From Candidatus Dojkabacteria bacterium HGW-Dojkabacteria-1 (GTDB lineage: Bacteria > Patescibacteriota > Dojkabacteria > SC72), in NCBI GenBank assembly GCA_002840365.1, contig PHAO01000001.1:524360-588359 (forward strand): 64,000 bases of DNA, in the 5' to 3' direction. Shown piece by piece: positions 27,404 to 35,721 of this stretch. The position numbers were made by a program, and so were the translations under genes. How positions within the stretch are numbered: position 1 is the stretch's first letter; the number at the start of each line of letters is the position of its first letter. The notes under the pieces were generated by a model. That model was given only the letters and a program-made list of their open reading frames with translations, was not told the DNA's origin and searched no databases.

Positions 27404-27521
27404 TGTAGGTCGGTTGTGAGTTGGTAGAAGCTCACATTGCAAGTTCCTGCTTATACGCTGTAAAAGGCGAAGATAAGGTGGGGCGTTTAGCAATCTAGCG
27501 GTGCAAGTCCGACGGCCTACA
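27404..27521 (+). ncRNA. candidate tRNA-like multi-stem structured RNA
   Basis: Closing stem TGTAGGTCG/CGGCCTACA, hairpin TGTGAGTT-GGTAGA-AGCTCACA, long central arm, T-loop-like CGG-TGCAAGT-CCG. G.U wobbles favour the plus strand. Confidence 0.55.
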
Positions 27522-27544
27522 AATTCATATACAATGTGATAGGC

Positions 27545-27579
27545 TTTTTGAGTTCCATGCCTGAAAGTATCGCCCACCA
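27545..27579 (+). repeat. 35-bp att-like direct repeat R2
   Basis: TTTTTGAGTTCCATGCCTGAAAGTATCGCCCACCA; the last 13 nt are identical to the tRNA-Val 3' end (26623-26635). Confidence 0.92.
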
Positions 27580-27610
27580 TTACTATCAATTTCCATATAT
27601 AATTATCTCA

Positions 27611-28273
27611 ATGAATAAACGAGATAATCTACAAAAAATCTTTGATGAAATCTTCAATCTTAATGTCTGTGGTAAAGACTCTTTGAAAATACCAAGAGAT
27701 ATCTCTAAAACAAATATTAATGCAAAAGTAATGATTATTGCAGAAGCTATGGCACCAGAACAGGTTAGACTCTCTGGTGTAAACTACTTCTACAGGGATG
27801 GAAGAATAGGGAATACAGGCAAATCATTAGAAAAATTCCTAAGTCTTTTTAACCATAGCGTTTATCCCGACAATTCCAACTGTGTATACCATACTGAAAT
27901 AGTACATAGCTTCCCAGGATATGTAATAAAAGGAAGCAAGAAATCAATAAGGAGACCAACGAAGAGAGAGATAGAGAAGTCTATTAATAGTGGAATACTT
28001 CAAAAAGAAATAGTTATTATCAAACCCAAAATAATATTGCTAATGGGTAACACCGCCTACACAGCCTTTTACAATTATTTCTTGAATATAACGCCTTACA
28101 GAAACCTTACAAAAGAAATAGACTATATCTCTAGTACAAAAACTTTTAATCGCTACAACAATATTCCAATCATTCCAATACAACATAGTTCTGGGGCTAA
28201 TCCAAGATTTAACAATATGCTAAAGAATATGGATTTAATAAAAATAATATCTAACATATTAGAGAATGAATAA
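27611..28273 (+). CDS. uracil-DNA glycosylase-like protein (family 4/5-like)
   Basis: IIAEAMA, YHTEIV, RRPT..EI, EI..IKPKIILLMGNTA, QHSS. Start placed at ATG 27611, 7 nt after TATAAT. Confidence 0.8.
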   Translation: MNKRDNLQKIFDEIFNLNVCGKDSLKIPRDISKTNINAKVMIIAEAMAPEQVRLSGVNYFYRDGRIGNTGKSLEKFLSLFNHSVYPDNSNCVYHTEIVHSFPGYVIKGSKKSIRRPTKREIEKSINSGILQKEIVIIKPKIILLMGNTAYTAFYNYFLNITPYRNLTKEIDYISSTKTFNRYNNIPIIPIQHSSGANPRFNNMLKNMDLIKIISNILENE

Positions 28274-28706
28274 TATCTTAATCTATACATTCAGAACATT
28301 CCCTTGGATAGAAGATATTAAAAGTATTTCTAAAGATATCGTTGTACTAGATACATTGAAAATAGATATCATTGAGGTTGAAAAGAAATTAAAACAAAAC
28401 AAATATGTCTTTGTATTAGGTATTGCAAAGGGTAGGCATAGTTCTGTATTTGAAACAAAGGGTGTTAATCAATTTAACAAAGGGAAGATACTAACAGATG
28501 GGAAGGAAGAATATCCTTTATACTTTCCTAAGCAAGGATTTGAAAATATAAAAGTTAATAAAGGCTATACAACATCTTTTTGTAATTGGGGAATGTATAG
28601 GGTTAGTAAGTTAATAGAGGAGAGTAGTCATGAGAGCAAACATATGTTTGTTCATATAAAAGAAGAAGACATACCTGTTCTTAGTAGATATATAACATCA
28701 GAGTAA
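28266..28706 (+). CDS. minimal pyroglutamyl-peptidase I (C15)-like protein
   Basis: ILIYTF..F, VLGIAKGR, then FE..GVN, SFCN and FVHI giving Glu-Cys-His in the Pcp order. Confidence 0.6.
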   Translation: MNNILIYTFRTFPWIEDIKSISKDIVVLDTLKIDIIEVEKKLKQNKYVFVLGIAKGRHSSVFETKGVNQFNKGKILTDGKEEYPLYFPKQGFENIKVNKGYTTSFCNWGMYRVSKLIEESSHESKHMFVHIKEEDIPVLSRYITSE

Positions 28707-28711
28707 TCCTG

Positions 28712-28746
28712 TTTTTAAGTTCCATGCTAAAAAGTATAGCCCACCA
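28712..28746 (+). repeat. 35-bp att-like direct repeat R3
   Basis: TTTTTAAGTTCCATGCTAAAAAGTATAGCCCACCA; 30/35 identical to R2. Confidence 0.9.
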
Positions 28747-29286
28747 TTATATCTTCTCAATCGGGTACTTCTTTTCATCCCAATCACTTCTCTTCATCTG
28801 AATTACAATAAATGGTTTAATTGGTTCTTTTGATATATGTTCAAGACCCTCTGATTTATCTACTACTGATTTTGGAAAGATATAAATATATCCCTCATTT
28901 CTGATATTTTCAGGTTTACTTACTCCAAAAAAAGTATCCGTGTAGGTATACTCACCTTCAGGACTAATCTTTGTAACCTTAGAATCTCTTCTTTCTCCCA
29001 CATTTGCACCACCAACTAATGCACAGAATTTTGCAACAATAGGGTTGGAAGTTAAATATACTGCCTTTGCATTACCAAACTCTTTTGAGGAATCATTAGC
29101 TTCTTGTGGAATAAGTTCTACTAATTTCCTAGTACTACCATGTAGTACATATCCATTGTTAACTGCTAGTGTAATAATCCTATCAAGATTATCTATGATT
29201 ACATATTCAAACAGTTCCCCATTTAGTAACTTCTCGTATTTGAATTTTCCCCCTTTGTCCATTATTTCCTTTTTTAAATCTATCAT
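28747..29286 (-). CDS. putative ADP-ribosyltransferase-fold protein (H-Y-E/Arr-like)
   Basis: VLHGS, VYLTS, GYIY and EHIS.EPIKP occur in the order seen in H-Y-E ARTs. The stop codon abuts R3. Confidence 0.5.
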   Translation of the reverse strand: MIDLKKEIMDKGGKFKYEKLLNGELFEYVIIDNLDRIITLAVNNGYVLHGSTRKLVELIPQEANDSSKEFGNAKAVYLTSNPIVAKFCALVGGANVGERRDSKVTKISPEGEYTYTDTFFGVSKPENIRNEGYIYIFPKSVVDKSEGLEHISKEPIKPFIVIQMKRSDWDEKKYPIEKI

Positions 29287-29414
29287 ACTGTTAATATATC
29301 AATTACAGATTATCAAGATAATTTTAACACTAATTATTTCTTTTTTAGAAGGGATGAAAAATTAAGTTCTATTTCACCCATATATTCCATCTCTAACAAT
29401 CTTGGATATTCTTT

Positions 29415-30005
29415 CTACAATATCTTTATTAATATAACTGTTAGTATTCCCAGTATCATAAAAGGTACAAAAGGAATATGCAAACCCTTTAATTTCCCTT
29501 TTTTCTTACCTATAAATAGTGCATATGCTATAGCTGAAAAAACAGTAATATATGACCAAAACATGAGATTACTGTAACCTATGAGTAATCCTGTAATCAA
29601 AGCAATCCTTACATCTCCTTGACCAAGTGCTTTTTCCTTTGAAACTAAGACTATTAATTGAAATATACTACCAAGTAAAAGTGCTCCAAGAAAATTATTG
29701 TATGGAGAATATACAAAATTATTTCCTAATATATATTCGAACTCACTACCTAGTACAAGAAATAAAATTATATTAAATGCAAAGAGAAATAGAAGTAGGG
29801 ACAAAGAAGAGACATTGTGTACTTCCATATGTTTGAAATCATACTTTGCTAAACATATTAAGACTCCAGAAACTATTGAAACAGTAACATATATTACTAA
29901 GTTTAAGAATGAAAAGTAGTAGAAGAGAAAAAAAATACCAAAGAGAAGAAGGAAAAGAAGAAATATCAAATAGTGTAGGTTTTTTAAAGAAATAATTTTT
30001 CTCAT
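29415..30005 (-). CDS. A24 prepilin peptidase-like membrane protein (no N-terminal Zn domain)
   Basis: YD after a TM segment, LGQGDVR, IPFVPF; last gene of the pilus operon. Confidence 0.75.
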   Translation of the reverse strand: MRKIISLKNLHYLIFLLFLLLFGIFFLFYYFSFLNLVIYVTVSIVSGVLICLAKYDFKHMEVHNVSSLSLLLFLFAFNIILFLVLGSEFEYILGNNFVYSPYNNFLGALLLGSIFQLIVLVSKEKALGQGDVRIALITGLLIGYSNLMFWSYITVFSAIAYALFIGKKKGKLKGLHIPFVPFMILGILTVILIKIL

Positions 30006-30379
30006 TGAATATTAGTTAGCTCGAATGGATTAGTACTTGTATTAAGCTCTCTTTTTAATGTTAATTTTGTATTGTTATTATCAGTTGTTACTATTGTCAT
30101 AATCTTTACACCACTGAATCCTATTTTGTTTTGTATATCTACATTACAATTCCAATTAGTTTGATTAATTTGAAATATTCCTGTAAACGAGGGGTTTCTT
30201 TTAATCATATATACTGTCTCCTCCAAACAAGTTTCAGCATTGGTCCTTAAAATTTGAGAGTCATAGTTCATTTTTGTAATTGATAGAGTTGTAATATTTT
30301 CATACAAAGAGTTAACCCCTGTAAGAAGAAGTAGGGGAACTATTACTAGAATTGCTGTTAATGCTACATATCCTTTCAT
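30002..30379 (-). CDS. PilX-like minor pilin
   Basis: KG|YVAL plus hydrophobic helix; AETCLEE. Confidence 0.6.
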   Translation of the reverse strand: MKGYVALTAILVIVPLLLLTGVNSLYENITTLSITKMNYDSQILRTNAETCLEETVYMIKRNPSFTGIFQINQTNWNCNVDIQNKIGFSGVKIMTIVTTDNNNTKLTLKRELNTSTNPFELTNIQ

Positions 30380-30849
30380 CTAATTGTAAACAACATATTA
30401 ATTCTCTCACTCAAGGAATTATCCTTGTTTGAGATGAGATCTACCTTTAGTATAACCCCAAGTATATCCTCTTTGCCTTGATATACAGGTTCTAGATAAA
30501 ACCTTGTAACAGAAATACTTGGAGGAGTAATTGCTACTCCATCATAATACAATCTTGAATTTATTAAGGAGTACTGCTTTGCTCCAACTTCTGATATTAA
30601 TTCTAATCTCCCATTATCATCTTCAAATACCGAATTCATATCATTCACTCTCAATGCAGAGTTAAAGCTCTCTTCAAAATGCTGAACAACTAAGGTAGAG
30701 GAGTGATGTAAATTGCTCTTACGAATATTCCTTAATGTACTTTCTTGAGCTGAGAGCATGAAGTTTAGAATCATGATTATTATGATTGCAAAAAGACCTA
30801 TGTATACTAGCGATTCTATTAAGGTTATTCCTTTTAATCTATTTTTCAT
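30376..30849 (-). CDS. type IV minor pilin (PilW-like)
   Basis: KG|ITLIE prepilin motif. Confidence 0.75.
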   Translation of the reverse strand: MKNRLKGITLIESLVYIGLFAIIIIMILNFMLSAQESTLRNIRKSNLHHSSTLVVQHFEESFNSALRVNDMNSVFEDDNGRLELISEVGAKQYSLINSRLYYDGVAITPPSISVTRFYLEPVYQGKEDILGVILKVDLISNKDNSLSERINMLFTIR

Positions 30850-32743
30850 AGTTAATTACTATTTCTTCAACTAAAGGTGTAACAACTGTATTAGATTCCA
30901 TAATCACTCGATATTGAAGGTATCTACCTCTTAGATTGCTAGGAAGCTCATGAATACCTGAGATAGAGTAATATGTATCAGCTGTACCATCAGGACCTAC
31001 CCATACAGAACCTGCCATATTAGAAAAGTCACTGACTCTAAATTGTAATCTTAAAGAGGTGCCCTCAGGAACAGTCGTTGTTAGGCCAAGTATATAGTAG
31101 GTAGAAGATTGAGATTCAGAATCATATATTGGAGATGTATATACTCCATATGGAAGATATCCATTACCATCAGCTCCACCACCACCTGGACCTCCCTGTA
31201 TTATCTTAAACTCCTGACTAGCATCCTTTGTTACAACATATGTGTAGTATTTCACTCCATTTGTGACAAGTGCTAAGGCATTAACTCCACTATCTACATT
31301 TAATCCTCCACATCTTACAGGTGCACTTTCATTAGTAATATCTAGTACTAGATATTCTTCACCACTTGTTCCAACAATTATCGCTCTGTTATCTATGGCC
31401 GCAACATTTAAGGGATTCATTGTTGAAACATTGTAAGAACCAATTAAAGAAGGAGATGTCTTGTTTGTAATATCTAAAATGAAGAACTCGTGACCTGTAT
31501 TTTGCACAGTTGTAACATATGCTCTTTGAGTATCTTCAGAAATATACAAAGAGGTAGCATTTGCACTGTTTAAAGTAAAAGATGCTCTCTGGACAATACT
31601 GTTTGAAGTATATTCAAATATTCTAAATTGATTACTACTAGCTCCAACAGCAGCATATATATATTTATCACCAACAAACATATCTGTTACAGCTCCAGAT
31701 GAAATAGTAGTAACAGATGGGCGAACCCCTTCGAACGAGGAAATATCAAACATTGTTATATCACTACCATGCGCTACAAAGCCTCTGTTTCCATATGCGG
31801 ATACTGAGTTACCATCTTGGGAACCACTTGAGTCAAATCTGCCTATTAATGCAAATGGTGTTACACCTGTATCAATTATCGCAACTTCTGCATCATTCCT
31901 ATCTGTAGCTAGTAATACAATATTCCCAATACCAAAAACATCATTTACTTTGTAATTTTGATTAAACTCTCCTTGTACTGATACAGAGGGAGGATCACCA
32001 TTTACATGTATTTTCATAAAGTCTAAACCAGATGCATTACCACCTGTTCCCATAAAGACATTTTCTCCATATACAGAGATATTTGATGCAACTCCCTGAC
32101 CTGGAAGATTGTAAGCTGACATGCTAAGAGAAGGGTTACACCAGTCAGCATAGAACATTGACTGCAGTCTAATCTCTCCGCCTGTAATATTTACAGCTAT
32201 TGTTCCGTCATGTTCACCTGGAGTAAAGTCTTCTAATGTTGTATACACAATGGAATTTGTATCCCAGTCATTGATAAAGATAACGGGATTAACAGTATTT
32301 ATCCTACCAAGAAAATCTCTCCATTCTATGCTTACTAATACCATTCTTGTATGTGGATCATTTGTTCCACCAGATAGTACTACCATTCCATTACTATCTC
32401 TGTGTGCAGGTTCAATTGAGAAAGAATATGTAAATCCATTTATTTCTCCTTGACCTTCGTTAATGGTATATTCTCCATTTTCAAATACAAAGTGTTTCTC
32501 TCCTTCACCTGTATATCTAGCAACTCCATACCAAGATGCAGATTTAATCATCAAAAGAGTACTGTTAATATCTTCAACAATATGTGCTGCTTTTATCCTT
32601 GCTCTACTGTTTTCTAATGTTCTTGTTGAGTCTACCACAAGAAGTAGTAAAGTGGAGGACATAATAGCAAATATCCCTATTGCTAAAACTAACTCTGTTA
32701 ATCCAAAACCTTTTAACTTTTTCTTAAAGAGTTTCATAGTCAA
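30839..32743 (-). CDS. PilV-like minor pilin fused to an LVIVD-type beta-propeller (putative tip adhesin)
   Basis: KG|FGLTE motif; repeats FFILDITNKTSP, YLVLDITNESAP, IIDTGVTP. Confidence 0.7.
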   Translation of the reverse strand: MTMKLFKKKLKGFGLTELVLAIGIFAIMSSTLLLLVVDSTRTLENSRARIKAAHIVEDINSTLLMIKSASWYGVARYTGEGEKHFVFENGEYTINEGQGEINGFTYSFSIEPAHRDSNGMVVLSGGTNDPHTRMVLVSIEWRDFLGRINTVNPVIFINDWDTNSIVYTTLEDFTPGEHDGTIAVNITGGEIRLQSMFYADWCNPSLSMSAYNLPGQGVASNISVYGENVFMGTGGNASGLDFMKIHVNGDPPSVSVQGEFNQNYKVNDVFGIGNIVLLATDRNDAEVAIIDTGVTPFALIGRFDSSGSQDGNSVSAYGNRGFVAHGSDITMFDISSFEGVRPSVTTISSGAVTDMFVGDKYIYAAVGASSNQFRIFEYTSNSIVQRASFTLNSANATSLYISEDTQRAYVTTVQNTGHEFFILDITNKTSPSLIGSYNVSTMNPLNVAAIDNRAIIVGTSGEEYLVLDITNESAPVRCGGLNVDSGVNALALVTNGVKYYTYVVTKDASQEFKIIQGGPGGGGADGNGYLPYGVYTSPIYDSESQSSTYYILGLTTTVPEGTSLRLQFRVSDFSNMAGSVWVGPDGTADTYYSISGIHELPSNLRGRYLQYRVIMESNTVVTPLVEEIVINYEK

Positions 32744-33188
32744 TTAACCCCTCCCTATTTATATACAACAGCACTGAAAATGTTCCATCTGTTAACACTA
32801 ATGATCCGTATACAGATGGTTTAAATTTACCTGCAGGAAAAAGTATTTCATTGCCTAAAGTCAAATTTATTGATGTAATATACATATTCGCTGGTAGATT
32901 CTTTGATTGAGTCTCAGAAGCTACAGAGAATGACTCTCCATCAAAAATTGTATACCCGTTATTTCTAATATACACACCTCCGGGAATTTCTTTGTACGCA
33001 CTTCTTTGTTGTTGATAGTAGATGTCCGTTTTTAATTGATTAGCATATGACTCTAGTTTAGTTTTTTGTGCTTTTTGTAGTGTAATAGGGAAGACTAATA
33101 CGGACAATATTAAAAGAATACCCATGACAACAAGTATTTCAAAGAGGGAAAAACCTTTAGGATTGTTTTTAGATATATCTCTATTCAT
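32724..33188 (-). CDS. FimT/GspH-like minor pilin
   Basis: KG|FSLFE motif; C-terminal INREG. Confidence 0.75.
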   Translation of the reverse strand: MNRDISKNNPKGFSLFEILVVMGILLILSVLVFPITLQKAQKTKLESYANQLKTDIYYQQQRSAYKEIPGGVYIRNNGYTIFDGESFSVASETQSKNLPANMYITSINLTLGNEILFPAGKFKPSVYGSLVLTDGTFSVLLYINREGLIDYETL

Positions 33189-34287
33189 TTATACTTCCCA
33201 TCAATTGATAAATTGGCATAAGGATAGTTACACCTAGTAAGCCAATTATTACCCCGACGAGAATTAAAAGTAATGGTTCTACTAAAGTAACAATATTGTT
33301 GCTCATCTCAGTTACATCATCGGAGTAATAGTCATGAAGATACATCATATTTTCTTCTAATGTACCACTCATTTCTCCTATCTCAACCATTTTTACAAAG
33401 GATTTGTTAAAGTATTGGTCATGTATAGCGAGAGATGAAGCTAAATTCTCCCCTCTATCAATTCTTCCATGTACATCTTTTAATATTTCAGCATATATGT
33501 AGTTACTCATGGTTGAAGAGGAGATAAGCATTGCCTTAGAAAGAGGTAAACCACTTGCTAAAAGAACCCCCAAGGTTCTTGAGAATGTAGCAAGTATATT
33601 ACTGATAAAGAGATTCTTTAATATTGGGAATCTAATGGAAAGTAAGCTAGTAAACTTTTTACCTGGTTTTGTATTAAGAAAGAGAATAAAACCAATGATT
33701 AGTAGCACTATAATACCAAATATTAATATCCAGTTATCCCTAATAGCTTGAGCAGTATTCATAATGAATATTGTAAAAGCTGGAACATTTGGGAATGATG
33801 AATACAAATCTTCCATTTTTGGAAGAACAATAAAAATCATACCTATAAATTCTGCAATGGTCAGAGATACAATAATTGCTGGATATATAACTGCACCTTT
33901 CATCTTTCTGTTTAATTCGTATGATTTCTTTATTGATTCAGCAATAAAGAGGAGATTGTTCTCTAAAGAGGCTCCTCGTTCACCAGCTTCTACAACTGAT
34001 ACCATAGTTTCTGGGAATATCTTTGGAAATAGTCTCATTGCCTCAGAAAGGCTTGATCCTTGTTCTATCTCTCTATGTAAGTATGCATAAATCATATTAA
34101 GATTTTTGTCATTAGATTGCTCAGACATTGTTTTAATAGAGTCTGAGAGAGAAATACTTGCTCTTAAAAGTGCCGCAAGGGACTTAATTGATATCAATAG
34201 ATTAGATGTTGATACTCTAATTCTTTGAAGTTTTTTTAATTCCTTCTGCTTCAATGTATCCTGTTGTGATAATTCTGCTTTCTTCAT
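33181..34287 (-). CDS. pilC: type IV pilus platform protein PilC/GspF
   Basis: Two T2SSF repeats (AGERGASL, IGEMSGTLEE), IYP, VEPLL, ILMPIYQL. Confidence 0.9.
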   Translation of the reverse strand: MKKAELSQQDTLKQKELKKLQRIRVSTSNLLISIKSLAALLRASISLSDSIKTMSEQSNDKNLNMIYAYLHREIEQGSSLSEAMRLFPKIFPETMVSVVEAGERGASLENNLLFIAESIKKSYELNRKMKGAVIYPAIIVSLTIAEFIGMIFIVLPKMEDLYSSFPNVPAFTIFIMNTAQAIRDNWILIFGIIVLLIIGFILFLNTKPGKKFTSLLSIRFPILKNLFISNILATFSRTLGVLLASGLPLSKAMLISSSTMSNYIYAEILKDVHGRIDRGENLASSLAIHDQYFNKSFVKMVEIGEMSGTLEENMMYLHDYYSDDVTEMSNNIVTLVEPLLLILVGVIIGLLGVTILMPIYQLMGSINE

Positions 34288-35660
34288 TATTCTTTAATAG
34301 CTACAACTCTCATTAATTCCTCCATAGAGACAACACCTTTCTTTAATTTGAGAATTCCATCCTCCATCATTAACTTAAATCCTTGTTTTTTAGCAATCGC
34401 ATATATATTGTCTGTTGTTGGTTCACTAATTATGACATCCCTTATCTCTTTGTTTGTTCTTAGTATTTCATATATACCAATTCTTCCTGAATATCCTGTG
34501 TTATCACATTTACTACAACCATTTGCTTTGAAGAGCTTGTCTGTAGAGTTCATATGTTTTGCAATATCAGGTCTAAGTTTTAGCATTTCACGATGTTCCT
34601 CATCCTTTGCTAATACATATTCACTCTTACAGTTATCACAAAGTCTTCTTGCTAATCTTTGGCTTATGATAATATTAACAGTAGAAGCGACCAAAAATGG
34701 TTCAATACCCATATCAATGAGTCTTGGAATAGCACTAATTGCATCATTTGCATGAATAGTAGAGAGTACTAAGTGACCAGTAAGAGCAGAATTAACAGTA
34801 ATTCTTGCTGTTTCTGTATCTCTAATTTCTCCTACCATGATGATGTTAGGATCTTGCCTTAATATTGACCTTAATCCATTAGCGAAGGTCAAATCACTTT
34901 TAGTATTAATCTGTATATGATTTACTCCCTCAATATTGTATTCTACTGGATCTTCAATAGTAGTAATATTTACATTTCTTGTATTGAGGATTTTAAGAAT
35001 GGAGTAAAGTGTAGTAGTTTTTCCACTTCCTGTAGGACCAGTTGCAAGAATCAATCCATATGGCTCTCTATAACTTGCTTCTACTTTTGCCAAATCATCA
35101 GGCTCAAATCCCAAATCAGCAAGACCAAAAGCCCTGTTGTTTTGAGATAAAAGTCTAATTACAACCTTCTCTCCAAAAGTTACTGGAAGTATAGAGATTC
35201 TAGCATCTATTTTACATACACCATCATCTAACACAGAGGGTACTGGACATGCATCTCCTTTTTTAATTTCCTCCTCCTTTTTCTCAACCTTCTTTTCTTC
35301 TTTTTCGTCCTTTTTCTTCTCTACCTCTTTCTCTTCGACTGGTGGTACTGGTTTCTGGGGAACCTTAAAAGAGAAGAGTATCTTTCCATCTTGAGGAGCA
35401 AAGTGAATGTCCGTTCTAAGCTTTGCTCTTACTTTTATAATGAAAAGAATACTCTCCTCTAGATTATTACCTATGGTAACAATGTCCCTTAACATTCCAT
35501 CTATTCTGTATCTAACCAAAAGATTGTTTCCTTCTCGAGCTTCAAGATGAATATCAGAGGCCTTTCTTTCGAATGCTTCCTGAACAATTATGTCTAGTAG
35601 TTCTGATACATTCAGCTTTCTTTTAGACACATCATCTATAGCTTTTAGAAGTTCAACCAT
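34287..35660 (-). CDS. pilB: PilB/GspE assembly ATPase (lacks the N1 domain)
   Basis: ASDIHLE, GPTGSGKTTTLY, TIEDPVE, LRQDPNIIMVGEIRD, TGHLVLSTIHAN, CxxC..CxxC. Confidence 0.93.
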   Translation of the reverse strand: MVELLKAIDDVSKRKLNVSELLDIIVQEAFERKASDIHLEAREGNNLLVRYRIDGMLRDIVTIGNNLEESILFIIKVRAKLRTDIHFAPQDGKILFSFKVPQKPVPPVEEKEVEKKKDEKEEKKVEKKEEEIKKGDACPVPSVLDDGVCKIDARISILPVTFGEKVVIRLLSQNNRAFGLADLGFEPDDLAKVEASYREPYGLILATGPTGSGKTTTLYSILKILNTRNVNITTIEDPVEYNIEGVNHIQINTKSDLTFANGLRSILRQDPNIIMVGEIRDTETARITVNSALTGHLVLSTIHANDAISAIPRLIDMGIEPFLVASTVNIIISQRLARRLCDNCKSEYVLAKDEEHREMLKLRPDIAKHMNSTDKLFKANGCSKCDNTGYSGRIGIYEILRTNKEIRDVIISEPTTDNIYAIAKKQGFKLMMEDGILKLKKGVVSMEELMRVVAIKE

Positions 35661-35721
35661 AATAGTAGGACAGTAATACTATGTCGAATAGATTAATATA
35701 TTAAGACCGAAATAACCAAGG

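Larger units (their letters stand above)
26636..29286. mobile_element. tRNA-Val-anchored array of small gene cassettes (no integrase in the window)
   Basis: Unrelated small genes separated by three 35-bp direct repeats that end in a copy of the tRNA 3' end. Confidence 0.65.

Noticed and set aside
27404-27521. Cobalamin or FMN riboswitch, or a canonical tRNA
   Set aside because: It shares only a GGTGCAAGTCC T-loop-like motif. There is no AGGGAA or B12 box, no FMN consensus, no 7-nt anticodon loop on a 5-bp stem, and no CCA.
27401-27610. Track ORF 27401-27589 (-) and the 5' extension of the UDG ORF from 27536
   Set aside because: Both run across repeat R2 or the structured RNA. ATG 27611, which follows a TATAAT, is the better UDG start.
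26972-28746. 35-bp repeats as a CRISPR array
   Set aside because: The intervening segments are 538 and 1132 bp and contain genes, there are no cas genes, and the repeats end in tRNA sequence.
29362-29380. Possible fourth, degenerate repeat (TTAAGTTCTATTTCACCCA) closing the ART cassette
   Set aside because: Only partial similarity, requiring an internal deletion, in AT-rich DNA. Not listed as a feature, but worth testing with a profile search.
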